The translations under genes were made by a program, and so were the position numbers. The notes under the pieces were generated by a model. It did no database searches, was not told where the DNA came from, and was given only the letters and a program-made list of their open reading frames with translations. A stretch of DNA of 64,000 nucleotides from positions 3,997 to 67,996 of the forward strand of contig JAOABU010000097.1 of NCBI GenBank assembly GCA_026418195.1, read 5' to 3'. Below are positions 1-9,476 of the stretch, piece after piece. The number at the start of each line of letters is the position of its first letter. Within the stretch, counting starts at the first letter, position 1. This DNA is from Spirochaetota bacterium (GTDB taxonomy: Bacteria; Spirochaetota; Spirochaetia; DTKZ01).

Positions 1-57
1 GGAATGGATCTTTCATACCCCCGAAGGGCGGGAGTACCGTTACCCAAAGGAGTAACC

Positions 58-645
58 ATGGACACGCTTCAACAACACCCCCACCTCGTTTGGAAGGAAC
101 GTTCCCGACAACCTGTGTACCACACTCCCATCTTCGATCTCATTCGAGTGGAGCGGGAGTCCCAGGATGGGAGGCGGGGATCCTTTTACCTAATTCAATC
201 CCCTGATTGGGTAAACGTGATTCCCATTCTGAAGAATTCAGAGGGAAAAGACTGCTTTCTCATGGTACGGCAGTATAGACAAGGAGGGAATTGTCTTTCC
301 TTGGAGTTCCCCGGTGGTTTGGTGGATCCCGGAGAAACACCACTGGAAGCGGCTATTCGAGAGCTTCGAGAAGAAACTGGGTACGAGGCGGATTCGATCC
401 AGTTCCTCGGTCGGATCCAACCTAACCCCGCCATCATGACCAATTGGTGCTCCACCTTTCTCGCTCAGGGCCTCCGAAAGACCAGTGGGCAGGACCTGGA
501 CGAGCATGAACTAGTAGACTCAGAACTAGTTCCCATAGAAGAGTTGGAACGGGACATGGGAACCGGTATTCACACCCATGCCATCATGGTGGTAGCCCTT
601 TTCTGGTACGAGCGATGGAAAAAGGGAATCCAGGGATCCCACTGA
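58..645 (+). CDS. NUDIX hydrolase (ADP-ribose pyrophosphatase-like)
   Basis: Nudix box GGLVDPGETPLEAAIRELREETG is present. The ORF opens at nt 4, but an AAAGGAG Shine-Dalgarno lies 5 nt before the ATG at 58. Confidence 0.8.
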   Translation: MDTLQQHPHLVWKERSRQPVYHTPIFDLIRVERESQDGRRGSFYLIQSPDWVNVIPILKNSEGKDCFLMVRQYRQGGNCLSLEFPGGLVDPGETPLEAAIRELREETGYEADSIQFLGRIQPNPAIMTNWCSTFLAQGLRKTSGQDLDEHELVDSELVPIEELERDMGTGIHTHAIMVVALFWYERWKKGIQGSH

Positions 646-663
646 GCCCCGAATGCCCTTGGC

Positions 664-2400
664 TTATCGCGATTCAGTTTCGGATTCCCAAATCTCTAGT
701 TTCCCTTGTGCGTCTACTCTTCTCTTTGTTTCCGGGTCCTGGGTGAGGAGGAATACGCGTACGGTAAATCTACCTTGCGGGTCCTGCACGAAAGTACGGC
801 TCAGATTTCCATAATGGGTGGGAAGGAATAGGGCAGTAGTAAATTGTTCTAAAGCTTGTTGCAGGAGGGGTGAAAGGATTGGAAAGTTTACCGGATCCTC
901 ATCGTGGATCACAATCTTAAAGTAGGTATACGGATTTGTCCGGAATAGGTGGCGGGCGAGTTCTAAAAGACGCTTCCGATGCATGGGCCTTCCCAGTTGG
1001 CCAGATGAGATGGACAGGGTAAGGTTCCAGGAGATTTGGTCCGGGTTCTGCAGGAGCCTTTTTTGCTCTGCTTCCTTTCGCAAATCTAGGTAGGTACAGA
1101 AGGGCCCTGAGTTGGAGAAGCTAGGTAGGATTGGCCGATGGTACTCGATTCCATACCGATCCTCCAGTTCTGCGATGGCTTGGTAGAGGTCTTCGGTAGG
1201 GAAAGTGGGAGTGGCAAGAACCCAGTAGGGGGGATGTTCCATGTACAGGATTCCCAACGATTCTGCCTGCTCCCAAAGCTCTGTTCCAGGAAGGATGGAA
1301 AGGGGATACACCTCTAGATGATCCTGTAAGTTCAAGGCTTCTACGAAATCGAGGGTTCGACGGAAGCCATCCAGATCATCCTCTGGAAGCCCGAGGATCA
1401 CCCCGGTTCGAACCTCGATTCCCTCTTCCTGAAGGTGTCGAGCCCCTCGTTGGAATCGGGCTGGATCGAGTGGTCGGTGAACAGCCTTCAAAGCTCGCTG
1501 ATTGATGGATTGGAGGCCAACCTCCACAGATTGGAATCCGACCTGTCGCATTCTGCGGGCCAGATCTTTCGTGACCCTCTCCAGCACTAGTTCGGTGTGG
1601 AGAGGGATCCGAGTAGGATTTGCCTGTTCCAGAAGCTGTACCCGGGATTCCAACTGCTTTGTTCCGCCTATATTGAAAGAAGGATCCATCAGATAGATTT
1701 CAGGCACCCTGTGTTGGGAGGCCAATTGGAACAGGGAAGGTAACCGATCAGGGGGGAACTGTCGGACGCAGGGATACGCTTTCCCATAGAAACAGTAGCT
1801 ACATCTTCGTGAGCAACCCCGAAGGGTTTCAACGTAGAGGGGAATTTCAGAGTTTAGCGGCAAGACCCCTGATAGATATGGGTTGGGAACTTGATCGAGG
1901 GATAAGGGAGGGTCCTGTGTAAATCGGACAGGCGGGTCCTCTGGGGAAAGAGGTGGTGTATACCCTTCCTGTATGTTCTGCAGAACCTTTAAAAAGGTTT
2001 CTTCCCCCTCTCCCTGGAACAGGATATGAAACACAGCTAAACCCCGAGGGTTCGCCACCTCAGGCCCTCCAGCTACGAGAAGGCATTCCGGGTCCGTTCG
2101 ACGGATCTGTCTAGCCAGGTATAGGCTCCGATCCCGATTCCAAAGGTATAGGGTGAAGCCCACCACATCGAAATCCCCTTGAAGGATCCATTGTAACAGG
2201 GCTGCATCCCCAGCTTGGTTCTGCAGATCAATATCCGGGATGACGATTTCGGCCACGTCAGGGGCATGGGTTTTCTGGTAAGCAGCAAGGTACCCTGCAG
2301 CTAAGGGAACATTCGCCCTTGTATAGAAGGAATCCCCTTCCTGTACAGGAAGTTGTAGAAGGGCTACACGGAGGGGTTGGTTTCTGTGGGGCATCCGCAT
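664..2400 (-). CDS. B12-binding-domain radical SAM protein with long C-terminal domain
   Basis: N-terminal B12-binding-like region (VALLQLP...DVVGFTLYLWN), a CxxxCxxC cluster motif (GCSRRCSYCFYG), and about 180 aa of extra C-terminal sequence. An alternative ATG lies at 2394. Confidence 0.8.
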   Translation of the reverse strand: MRMPHRNQPLRVALLQLPVQEGDSFYTRANVPLAAGYLAAYQKTHAPDVAEIVIPDIDLQNQAGDAALLQWILQGDFDVVGFTLYLWNRDRSLYLARQIRRTDPECLLVAGGPEVANPRGLAVFHILFQGEGEETFLKVLQNIQEGYTPPLSPEDPPVRFTQDPPLSLDQVPNPYLSGVLPLNSEIPLYVETLRGCSRRCSYCFYGKAYPCVRQFPPDRLPSLFQLASQHRVPEIYLMDPSFNIGGTKQLESRVQLLEQANPTRIPLHTELVLERVTKDLARRMRQVGFQSVEVGLQSINQRALKAVHRPLDPARFQRGARHLQEEGIEVRTGVILGLPEDDLDGFRRTLDFVEALNLQDHLEVYPLSILPGTELWEQAESLGILYMEHPPYWVLATPTFPTEDLYQAIAELEDRYGIEYHRPILPSFSNSGPFCTYLDLRKEAEQKRLLQNPDQISWNLTLSISSGQLGRPMHRKRLLELARHLFRTNPYTYFKIVIHDEDPVNFPILSPLLQQALEQFTTALFLPTHYGNLSRTFVQDPQGRFTVRVFLLTQDPETKRRVDAQGKLEIWESETESR

Positions 2401-4276
2401 GGGACTATCATACCGAAGGTTGACCCCTAGGAAAAGGGAAGGGTATCATGCCCCTGTGGATTTCAAGCACCCGTACCTTACCCAGCAAATCATTGCCTAT
2501 ATCGGGAACAAACGCAGGCTCCTACCCCTGATCCATCGGGCCATGCAACAGATCTATGGCGAACCAATCCCTCAGGGGTTGCAGTTTGCAGATCCTTTTG
2601 CGGGAAGTGGGATCGTGTCCCGACTGGCAAAGGTTCTTGGGTTTCAGGTGACTTCCAATGACTGGGAACCCTACGCATTCACCTTAGGGAAAGCGTACCT
2701 GGAAATCAATGCTTCGGATATCGAACCCCTCTTTGGCTCTTTCCAGGAATTGGAGAACCTGTTGCATTACTTGAATACTCTTCCAGATCCTCCACTAGAG
2801 GAACAGTACATAGCCCGGTATTATGCTCCTGCAACGGCAGATCCAGCGCAGGCGGATTATCGAAAGGAGCGTCTCTTCTATACCCGAGAGAATGCCCTTA
2901 GAATTGATCGAATCCGGAACGAGATCGATCGGGTATTCCCACTATCCAAAGAGAATGTAAATCTTTGGGAGGAGGAGAAAAGGTCTCGATGTCGGACCCT
3001 CCTGATTGCACTCCTTCTTTACGAAGCAGCGACTCACACGAACACTTCAGGGGTATTCAAGGCATACCACCGGGGATTTGGAGGGCATGGAAAGGATGCC
3101 TTGGGGAGGATTCTACGTCCAATTCAATTGGAGACTCCTCCTTTGATCGATTCCCCCTACCCATGCCGGATGTACGGGGTGGATGCGACAACCCTCTTTC
3201 GTTCCCTCGGCAGGTCCTTCGATTTAGTGTACCTAGACCCTCCTTACAACCAGCATCAGTATGGGAGTAACTACCATCTCCTAAACACCATTGTTCTCTG
3301 GGACAAAGTGACAGTACCCCTCGAGCTTGGGCCGGATGGTTGGCTCCGAGACAAGGCGGGAATCCGGAAAGACTGGAAGCGGACGAAATCCGCCTACTGT
3401 TACCGGGAAACTGCGGTAGATGCCTTTGCCGAGCTGTTGAACGCCATCGATGCAGAACATCTTCTCATAAGTTACAGCACCGATGGGATCATTCCCTTCG
3501 GAACCCTTCGGGAACTCTGTTCAACTCATGGAGAGGTGTCCATCCTCACGAATGAGTACATCACCTACCGGGGTGGTAAGCAGAGTAACCTTCGCCGGGA
3601 TCGGAATGTGGAGTTCGTGCTTTGGGTCTGGAAGGGTGGCAAGTCGAAGGGGGTTCCTCTTCATTCCATGCGAATGGTGGAACCGATACCCGCCCTAGCC
3701 AAAAGCGATATGCGGGAACTGGACCGAGTCCTTGTATTCCATAGGCTTCAATTGCTCCTACGGAGGGTATACCGGAGAGAGGCATTACGCGCGGCCTACA
3801 GAGTACAACCTGAAGGGGAGAAGCCGAACCTATATCGGGTACAGATTCCTCTAAAAACTACCAGTCTATTCGTTTCGTTCCGTTACCTGGTGGAACCAGA
3901 ATGCCCTATGGAGCTCTACCGTCTTTCGATGGAGGATCTTTTTCTACTGGAAGAACGGCTCCAGTCGGCTGTATGCATCACCCGGAAGGACGAACTGGAC
4001 ACTCTCCTTTCCGTGTTTCCTGACACAGTGGGGAGGGATCGTTCCCGTTACCAGAAAAAGATCCTCAACGTATTGCGTAAGTTGGCACACCGGAAGTATC
4101 AAGCCCTCTTTTGGGAGTCCTGGGAAAAGGTGGAGCAGCTATTCTCATTCCGTCCGTATATCCATGCTTCGAAAGCTCATATCGATGGACAGTTCCGCTG
4201 GAAGGAAGAGTTGAACAGGATTCGGACGATAGCGGAACTCCGATTTTCCGATCGGCAACGCGTAGGGAACGAATAA
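2399..4276 (+). CDS. D12-class (Dam-like, alpha-type) N6-adenine DNA methyltransferase with ~200-aa uncharacterised C-terminal extension
   Basis: YIGNKRRLL (D12 Y-x-G-x-K motif), FADPFAGSG (SAM motif I) and DPPY at nt 3236-3247 (LVYLDPPYNQ). The methyltransferase core ends near aa 415 of 625. A GTG at 2456 is an alternative start. Confidence 0.75.
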   Translation: MGLSYRRLTPRKREGYHAPVDFKHPYLTQQIIAYIGNKRRLLPLIHRAMQQIYGEPIPQGLQFADPFAGSGIVSRLAKVLGFQVTSNDWEPYAFTLGKAYLEINASDIEPLFGSFQELENLLHYLNTLPDPPLEEQYIARYYAPATADPAQADYRKERLFYTRENALRIDRIRNEIDRVFPLSKENVNLWEEEKRSRCRTLLIALLLYEAATHTNTSGVFKAYHRGFGGHGKDALGRILRPIQLETPPLIDSPYPCRMYGVDATTLFRSLGRSFDLVYLDPPYNQHQYGSNYHLLNTIVLWDKVTVPLELGPDGWLRDKAGIRKDWKRTKSAYCYRETAVDAFAELLNAIDAEHLLISYSTDGIIPFGTLRELCSTHGEVSILTNEYITYRGGKQSNLRRDRNVEFVLWVWKGGKSKGVPLHSMRMVEPIPALAKSDMRELDRVLVFHRLQLLLRRVYRREALRAAYRVQPEGEKPNLYRVQIPLKTTSLFVSFRYLVEPECPMELYRLSMEDLFLLEERLQSAVCITRKDELDTLLSVFPDTVGRDRSRYQKKILNVLRKLAHRKYQALFWESWEKVEQLFSFRPYIHASKAHIDGQFRWKEELNRIRTIAELRFSDRQRVGNE

Positions 4277-4329
4277 CTGAAGGGTATTGGAACCGAGGTC
4301 TAGGTGTATCCGAGTAAATAAATATTGAC

Positions 4330-4358
4330 TTGACTATATATAAAAATATTGATATTCT
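4330..4358 (+). promoter_or_regulatory. sigma70-like promoter for the CoADR-rhodanese operon
   Basis: TTGACT (4330-4335), 17-nt spacer, TATTCT (4353-4358), about 40 nt upstream of the SD and ATG at 4399. It is flanked by the direct repeat AAATATTGA at about 4320 and 4344. Confidence 0.45.
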
Positions 4359-4398
4359 TATACCCGTATTCTACCGATGCACAGTTTTAGGAGGTCCC

Positions 4399-6132
4399 AT
4401 GCGGGGAGTTACGAAAAAGTTCGTCATTGTGGGGGGTGTTGCTGCGGGAGCAACGGCCGCTGCCCGGATTCGGAGGCTGGATGAGGAGGCAGATATTGTG
4501 CTTCTAGAAAGAGGTCCGTATGTATCCTTTGCGAACTGTGGTCTTCCCTACCATATCGCAGGAGAGATCGAAAAAAGGAGCAAGTTACTTCTTCAGACAC
4601 CCGAAGGGTTCTTCAGTCGATACCGGGTAACCGTGCGGTTGAACTCGGAAGTTGTTTCCATCGATCGAACGGCAAAGACCGTAACGCTGAGGAATGGGGA
4701 TCGTATTCCCTACGACTATCTTATTTTGGCTCAGGGGGGAGTTCCCATCATGCCTTCCCTGCCAGGAGTGGAGCTTCCCCATGTGTTTAAACTATGGACC
4801 ATCCCTGACATGGATGCCATCCATCGGTACATTAAAGAAAAAGCCCCAAAGTCGGCTGTTGTGGTAGGAGGAGGGTTCATTGGACTAGAGACCGCAGAAG
4901 CCTTTGTGAAAAGAGGTCTTCAGGTATCCATCGTGGAACTGATGGACCGTCTCATGCCCCATCTAGACCTCCCTTATGGTCGAAAGATCCAAGAGCGGTT
5001 TGAGAAAGAAGGAGCATCGGTTTTTCTGGGAACAGGGCTTTCCGCCATAGAGCAAGGGCGAGTGATCCTGCAGAATGGAACCGCCCTACCTGCGGATCTG
5101 GTTCTCCTTTCCGTTGGAGTACGACCCAACGTGGAGCTGGCAAAGAACGCTGGTCTTGCATTGGGCGCAACGGGAGCACTGGAGGTGGATTCCTACCTTC
5201 GGACAAAGGATCCATACATTTGGGCTGCCGGAGACATGGTGGAGGTGGTTTCCCGCATAACAGGGGGGAAGGTTCGTATTCCCCTGGCAGGACCTGCCAA
5301 CCGACAGGGGCGAATTGCCGCTACCAATGCGGTAGCTACCCTCGCGAAAGAACTTGGATTGGAATCTCCTAAACCGATTTCCTATAGGGGTGCGTTGGGA
5401 ACTTCAGTGGTAAAAATCTTCGATGAAACCGTGGCAAGCACAGGATTATCCCTTGTAGCTGCTAAGAGGGCTGGGTTCAAAGCCCGAGAAGCGACGATCC
5501 TGAAGCCAAATCATGCTACCTATTACCCTGGTTCCGAAGATATCCTCCTTACCCTCGTGTATGAGGAATCTACAGGTCGATTGCTGGGTGCAGAAGCTCA
5601 GGGAAAAAGCGGCGTAGAGAAGAGGATCGATGCGATGGCAGTGGCACTTTCTGCGGGGCTAACCGTGGAGGAGTTGGCAGAGGTAGATTTTGCCTACGCA
5701 CCACCTTACTCTTCAGCCAATGACCCGTTGAACATTGCAGCCTTTGCTGCCTCCAACGCTCGATCGGGGTACTGTCCGATGGTTTCAGCTGAAGAGCTGC
5801 ACCCGTGGATCGTGAAAAACCTAAAGGATGAGAAGATCGGGGAGGTAAGCACGCATCCATCGGTTGAACCTCTCTTTCTCGATGTGCGGACCTTTGGAGA
5901 GTACCAGAGGGAACATCTTCGGGGCTCTATTCATATTCCCTTGGACGAAGTACGGGATCGATGGGAAGAAATCCCTCAAAACCGACCCATTCGGGTGATC
6001 TCTTCGGGTGGATACGAAGGTCACCTGGCAACCCGACTCTTGATGCAGAAAGGGGTTACCGATGTGGCGAATTGTTCCGGAGGGTGGGCTGTGTTACGCC
6101 TTGTCCTCGGAAGTATGATAGAAAGAAATTAA
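4399..6132 (+). CDS. CoA-disulfide reductase / NADH-oxidase-family flavoprotein fused to a C-terminal rhodanese-like domain
   Basis: FAD fold VIVGGVAAGATAAAR, redox cysteine motif SFANCGLPY, second dinucleotide fold VVGGGFIGLE, and a C-terminal rhodanese-like region (LDVRTFGEYQREHLRGSIHIP). TAGGAGG SD before the ATG at 4399; the listed ORF start at 4330 lies inside the promoter. Confidence 0.8.
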   Translation: MRGVTKKFVIVGGVAAGATAAARIRRLDEEADIVLLERGPYVSFANCGLPYHIAGEIEKRSKLLLQTPEGFFSRYRVTVRLNSEVVSIDRTAKTVTLRNGDRIPYDYLILAQGGVPIMPSLPGVELPHVFKLWTIPDMDAIHRYIKEKAPKSAVVVGGGFIGLETAEAFVKRGLQVSIVELMDRLMPHLDLPYGRKIQERFEKEGASVFLGTGLSAIEQGRVILQNGTALPADLVLLSVGVRPNVELAKNAGLALGATGALEVDSYLRTKDPYIWAAGDMVEVVSRITGGKVRIPLAGPANRQGRIAATNAVATLAKELGLESPKPISYRGALGTSVVKIFDETVASTGLSLVAAKRAGFKAREATILKPNHATYYPGSEDILLTLVYEESTGRLLGAEAQGKSGVEKRIDAMAVALSAGLTVEELAEVDFAYAPPYSSANDPLNIAAFAASNARSGYCPMVSAEELHPWIVKNLKDEKIGEVSTHPSVEPLFLDVRTFGEYQREHLRGSIHIPLDEVRDRWEEIPQNRPIRVISSGGYEGHLATRLLMQKGVTDVANCSGGWAVLRLVLGSMIERN

Positions 6133-6149
6133 AGAAAAGGAGTCTAACG

Positions 6150-6425
6150 ATGACAGGAACCACACTAAAAGAAAAGATTCAAGCAGGAGCCTTAGTGGTG
6201 GATGTTCGAACCGAAGACGAGTTTCTTGATGGAGCGTATCCGGGAGCGATCAATATTCCTGTTGGAGAAATTCTATCTAGAATGAATGAACTTGGGCCAA
6301 AGGATCGTCCCATTGTACTGTACTGTGCAACTGGATCCCGGAGTGCTCTGGCTGCAAAACTCTTGAAGGTTTCAGGATTCAAAGATGTAACCAACGCAGG
6401 CGGACTGGAGGATATGCCTCGATAA
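6150..6425 (+). CDS. single-domain rhodanese (sulfurtransferase)
   Basis: VVDVRTEDEFLDGAYPGAINIP and active-site loop LYCATGSRSALAA. AAGGAG SD before the ATG at 6150. Confidence 0.8.
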   Translation: MTGTTLKEKIQAGALVVDVRTEDEFLDGAYPGAINIPVGEILSRMNELGPKDRPIVLYCATGSRSALAAKLLKVSGFKDVTNAGGLEDMPR

Positions 6426-6495
6426 GGGTGGGGCTTTTCAGGATTCATTCCCGACTTCTGGACAGAAAAGGGGTATCCCATTATAGTTTTTGGCA

Positions 6496-8013
6496 ATGGA
6501 TGAACCCCTGAAAGATGTATCCCAATTGTCCTTCTATCTGGTGGGCATCAAGGGCACTGGAATGGCTGCTCTAGCAGAACTTTTGGTGCGCTTGGGAGCT
6601 CACGTTCGAGGTTCGGATACCCATGATACGTTCTACACCGACGGGATCCTACAGGCCTTAGGGATTCCTTATGCGGAAGGATTTCGAGAGGAGAATCTTG
6701 ATCCATCGGTGGACTACGTAGTGTACTCGGCGGCGTATAACCCTGAAACCCACCCCGAATTGGTTCGGGCAAGAAGATTAGGTCTTCCTCTCGTTTCCTA
6801 CCCCGAGGCTTTGGGAGCCTTGTCCGCTACCTTACCCTCGGCAGGGGTGTGTGGGGTCCATGGGAAAACGACCACTACAGCCTTAGCAGGTACTCTAGTA
6901 AAAGCTACGGGTCTAGGAGGATGTGTCCTTGCGGGGAGCGCAGTGGCGAACTTCGGGAATCGGTCCACCTACTTTGGCGGAAAGGATTTCTTCATAGCGG
7001 AGACCTGTGAATACCGGCGGCATTTCCTTCATTTCCATCCCCGCTGGATCGTGCTGACCAGTATCGAAGAGGATCATTTGGACTATTTCCGTGACTACGA
7101 GGATATCCTACAGGCTTTTGTAGAGTACGGGCAGCGATTGCCCGAAAAAGGGACCCTCATTTTTTGTGCGGACGATCCTGGCGCTACCGAAGCGGCCATT
7201 CAAATCCTCCGGGCCCGACCTGACATCTGGGCCATTCCCTACGGAACCACGGCGGAGGGTCCCTATCGAATCTTCGGGATCCAAACGGGTAAGGGATCTA
7301 CCCGGTTTCAGTTGGACGGGTTTCCCCTCGCTTTCGAAATCCATGTGCCAGGCGAACATACCGTACGGAATGCCACGGCCGCCATCGCCCTCGTGTGCAC
7401 GATTCGGGAACAATTGATGCAGGAATCGGGTGAAGGGGGATCCTGTGCGGATGCCATTGAAGAGGGTCTCGTGGAAGGCTTATCGCAGTTCCGGGGTTCC
7501 AAACGTCGGAGCGAGATCCTGGGGGAGGCATCAGGAATACTCATTGCCGACGATTATGCCCATCATCCCACAGCCATTCGAAAGACCCTGGAAGGGTTCC
7601 GTTCCTTCTATCCCGAGCGCCGACTCGTGGTTGACTTCATGTCCCATACGTATTCCCGTACGAAAGCTCTGTTAGAGGAGTTCGCCCAATCCTTTCAAGT
7701 AGCGGATGCAGTAATACTGCATAAAATTTACGCCTCTGCTCGGGAAACGAACGATGGTTCGGTAACTGGACAGGACCTGTTTCGGGCAGTGCAACGAAAC
7801 CATCCCGAAGTGTACTACTTCGAGGAGGTGATGGACGCTCTTCCTTTCCTGAGGGAATACCTGAAAAGCGGGGATCTCTTTATTACCCTAGGAGCAGGAG
7901 ACAACTTCCGTCTCTCCCATGCCCTTTTCGATGAACTGATACACCACGCTCAAGCCCAGACACCTCCAACCCGAATACCGTCGGATCTGTTCGACTCAAG
8001 GAGTAAACCATGA
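6496..8013 (+). CDS. murC: UDP-N-acetylmuramate--L-alanine ligase (Mur ligase family)
   Basis: N-terminal GIKGTGMAALAELL, P-loop GVHGKTTTTA and Mur ligase middle and C-terminal domains. The ATG at 6496 is preferred over the TTG at 6490. Confidence 0.75.
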   Translation: MDEPLKDVSQLSFYLVGIKGTGMAALAELLVRLGAHVRGSDTHDTFYTDGILQALGIPYAEGFREENLDPSVDYVVYSAAYNPETHPELVRARRLGLPLVSYPEALGALSATLPSAGVCGVHGKTTTTALAGTLVKATGLGGCVLAGSAVANFGNRSTYFGGKDFFIAETCEYRRHFLHFHPRWIVLTSIEEDHLDYFRDYEDILQAFVEYGQRLPEKGTLIFCADDPGATEAAIQILRARPDIWAIPYGTTAEGPYRIFGIQTGKGSTRFQLDGFPLAFEIHVPGEHTVRNATAAIALVCTIREQLMQESGEGGSCADAIEEGLVEGLSQFRGSKRRSEILGEASGILIADDYAHHPTAIRKTLEGFRSFYPERRLVVDFMSHTYSRTKALLEEFAQSFQVADAVILHKIYASARETNDGSVTGQDLFRAVQRNHPEVYYFEEVMDALPFLREYLKSGDLFITLGAGDNFRLSHALFDELIHHAQAQTPPTRIPSDLFDSRSKP

Positions 8014-8876
8014 AGAGCATGACCGGATATGGGTATGGAGAAGGGGGAAGCGATTCTCTTCATTTCAGCTTGGAACTGAAATCTCTCAACAACCGGTTCC
8101 TCGATATCTATGTAAATTTACCCCTTACCCTCAGTCCTCTGGAACCTCGGGTGCGGGAGTTCCTTCAGCAACGGATCCAGCGGGGAAAGGTGGAAGTCTA
8201 CATCAAGATGAAGGAGACGCAGGAACACCTAAGCGTGAGGGTAGATGAAGGGGTGGTGAGGGGGTACTTGCAAGCTCTCAGGACTCTTGCTTCGTATGCG
8301 GATACTCCAGAGGAGATTCGACTGTCCCATCTGTTACGGTTAGAAGGGATCTTGCAAGTAGAAAAGCACCGGGATATAGAGGAGTACTGGAAGGTACTCT
8401 ACCCCTTACTGGAAAAAACCTTTCATACCTTCGATGCTTCTCGCGTTCAGGAAGGGGAAGCTCTGGAAAAAGATATCTTGGGTTTGATCGGAAAGATCGA
8501 GGCAGAAGTACAGGTGATCGAAGGGAAACTCCCCGAGCTCAAACGGTTCTACACGGAAACCATCCGAAACCGGATGGAGGAACTCTTATCCGATAAGGTA
8601 GATGAGGCACGGATGTTGAGCGAAGTAGCCATCTTACTAGTGAAATACTCGGTAAACGAAGAACTGGTACGGCTAAAAGCTCATCTAGATGCCTTTCGGA
8701 AGATCCTGAAGGAAGAGGGGGGTATTGGAAAGAAGCTGGATTTTCTTTGCCAAGAGATGAATCGGGAGATTAACACGATTGGCTCCAAGAATGTGCTAGC
8801 CGAAGTCACTCGTTCGGTAGTGGACATGAAGGATGCCCTGGAAAATATTCGAGAACAGATTAGGAATATCGAATGA
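8010..8876 (+). CDS. YicC-family stress-induced protein
   Basis: MKSMTGYGYGE N-terminus and 288 aa length are typical of YicC. ATGA start/stop overlap with murC. Confidence 0.75.
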   Translation: MKSMTGYGYGEGGSDSLHFSLELKSLNNRFLDIYVNLPLTLSPLEPRVREFLQQRIQRGKVEVYIKMKETQEHLSVRVDEGVVRGYLQALRTLASYADTPEEIRLSHLLRLEGILQVEKHRDIEEYWKVLYPLLEKTFHTFDASRVQEGEALEKDILGLIGKIEAEVQVIEGKLPELKRFYTETIRNRMEELLSDKVDEARMLSEVAILLVKYSVNEELVRLKAHLDAFRKILKEEGGIGKKLDFLCQEMNREINTIGSKNVLAEVTRSVVDMKDALENIREQIRNIE

Positions 8877-9424
8877 ACCTAAAGCCAGGAATCAAGATTG
8901 CCATCTCGGGGAAAAGTGGCTGCGGAAACTCTACGGTCAGCCGGCTGACTGCCCAACGGTTGGGATTGCGAATGATCAACTATACGTTCCATACGGTGGC
9001 TGAGGAAACAGGAATTGAATTCCATGCCCTTTGCAGGATGGCGGAAACGGATCCCCAGTGGGACCTTCTCGTGGATACCCGTCAAGTGGAACTGGCACGG
9101 GAAGGTAACTGTGTACTGGGAAGTCGACTAGCCGTATGGTTACTGACGGATGCGGACCTGAAGGTGTTTCTCGATGCTCCCCTCGAGGTTCGAGCCCGAA
9201 GGATCCATAAGCGAGAAGGTGGAGACTTCGATACAGTCCTTCGGCAAACTCAGGAACGGGATGAACGGGATCACGCTCGGTTTCTCAAGCTCTATAAGAT
9301 CGACAATAACCATTACCAATTCGTAGATCTCATCATCGATACCACCGACCTGACGCCAGAAGAAGTGGTAGATCGAATCGTAGAGCGGGCCCAACAGATT
9401 CCCTCTCCTGATCCTACAAGATAA
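8873..9424 (+). CDS. cytidylate kinase-like (short, archaeal-type) nucleotide kinase
   Basis: P-loop ISGKSGCGNSTV, 183 aa, LGSRLAVWLL...LDAPLEVRARR pattern. ATGA overlap with the upstream gene. Confidence 0.6.
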   Translation: MNLKPGIKIAISGKSGCGNSTVSRLTAQRLGLRMINYTFHTVAEETGIEFHALCRMAETDPQWDLLVDTRQVELAREGNCVLGSRLAVWLLTDADLKVFLDAPLEVRARRIHKREGGDFDTVLRQTQERDERDHARFLKLYKIDNNHYQFVDLIIDTTDLTPEEVVDRIVERAQQIPSPDPTR

Positions 9425-9476
9425 AGGACCGCAATAAACGGACTTGCGATAAGATAACAATATAGGAGGTGGTCCG

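Noticed and set aside
2399-4276. Interpreting either methyltransferase as part of a classical restriction-modification or BREX/DISARM-type defence locus.
   Set aside because: All flanking genes have unrelated, recognisable functions (radical SAM, CoADR, LysRS, PilZ, HD-GYP). No nuclease, helicase, ATPase or phosphatase partner typical of those systems is present.
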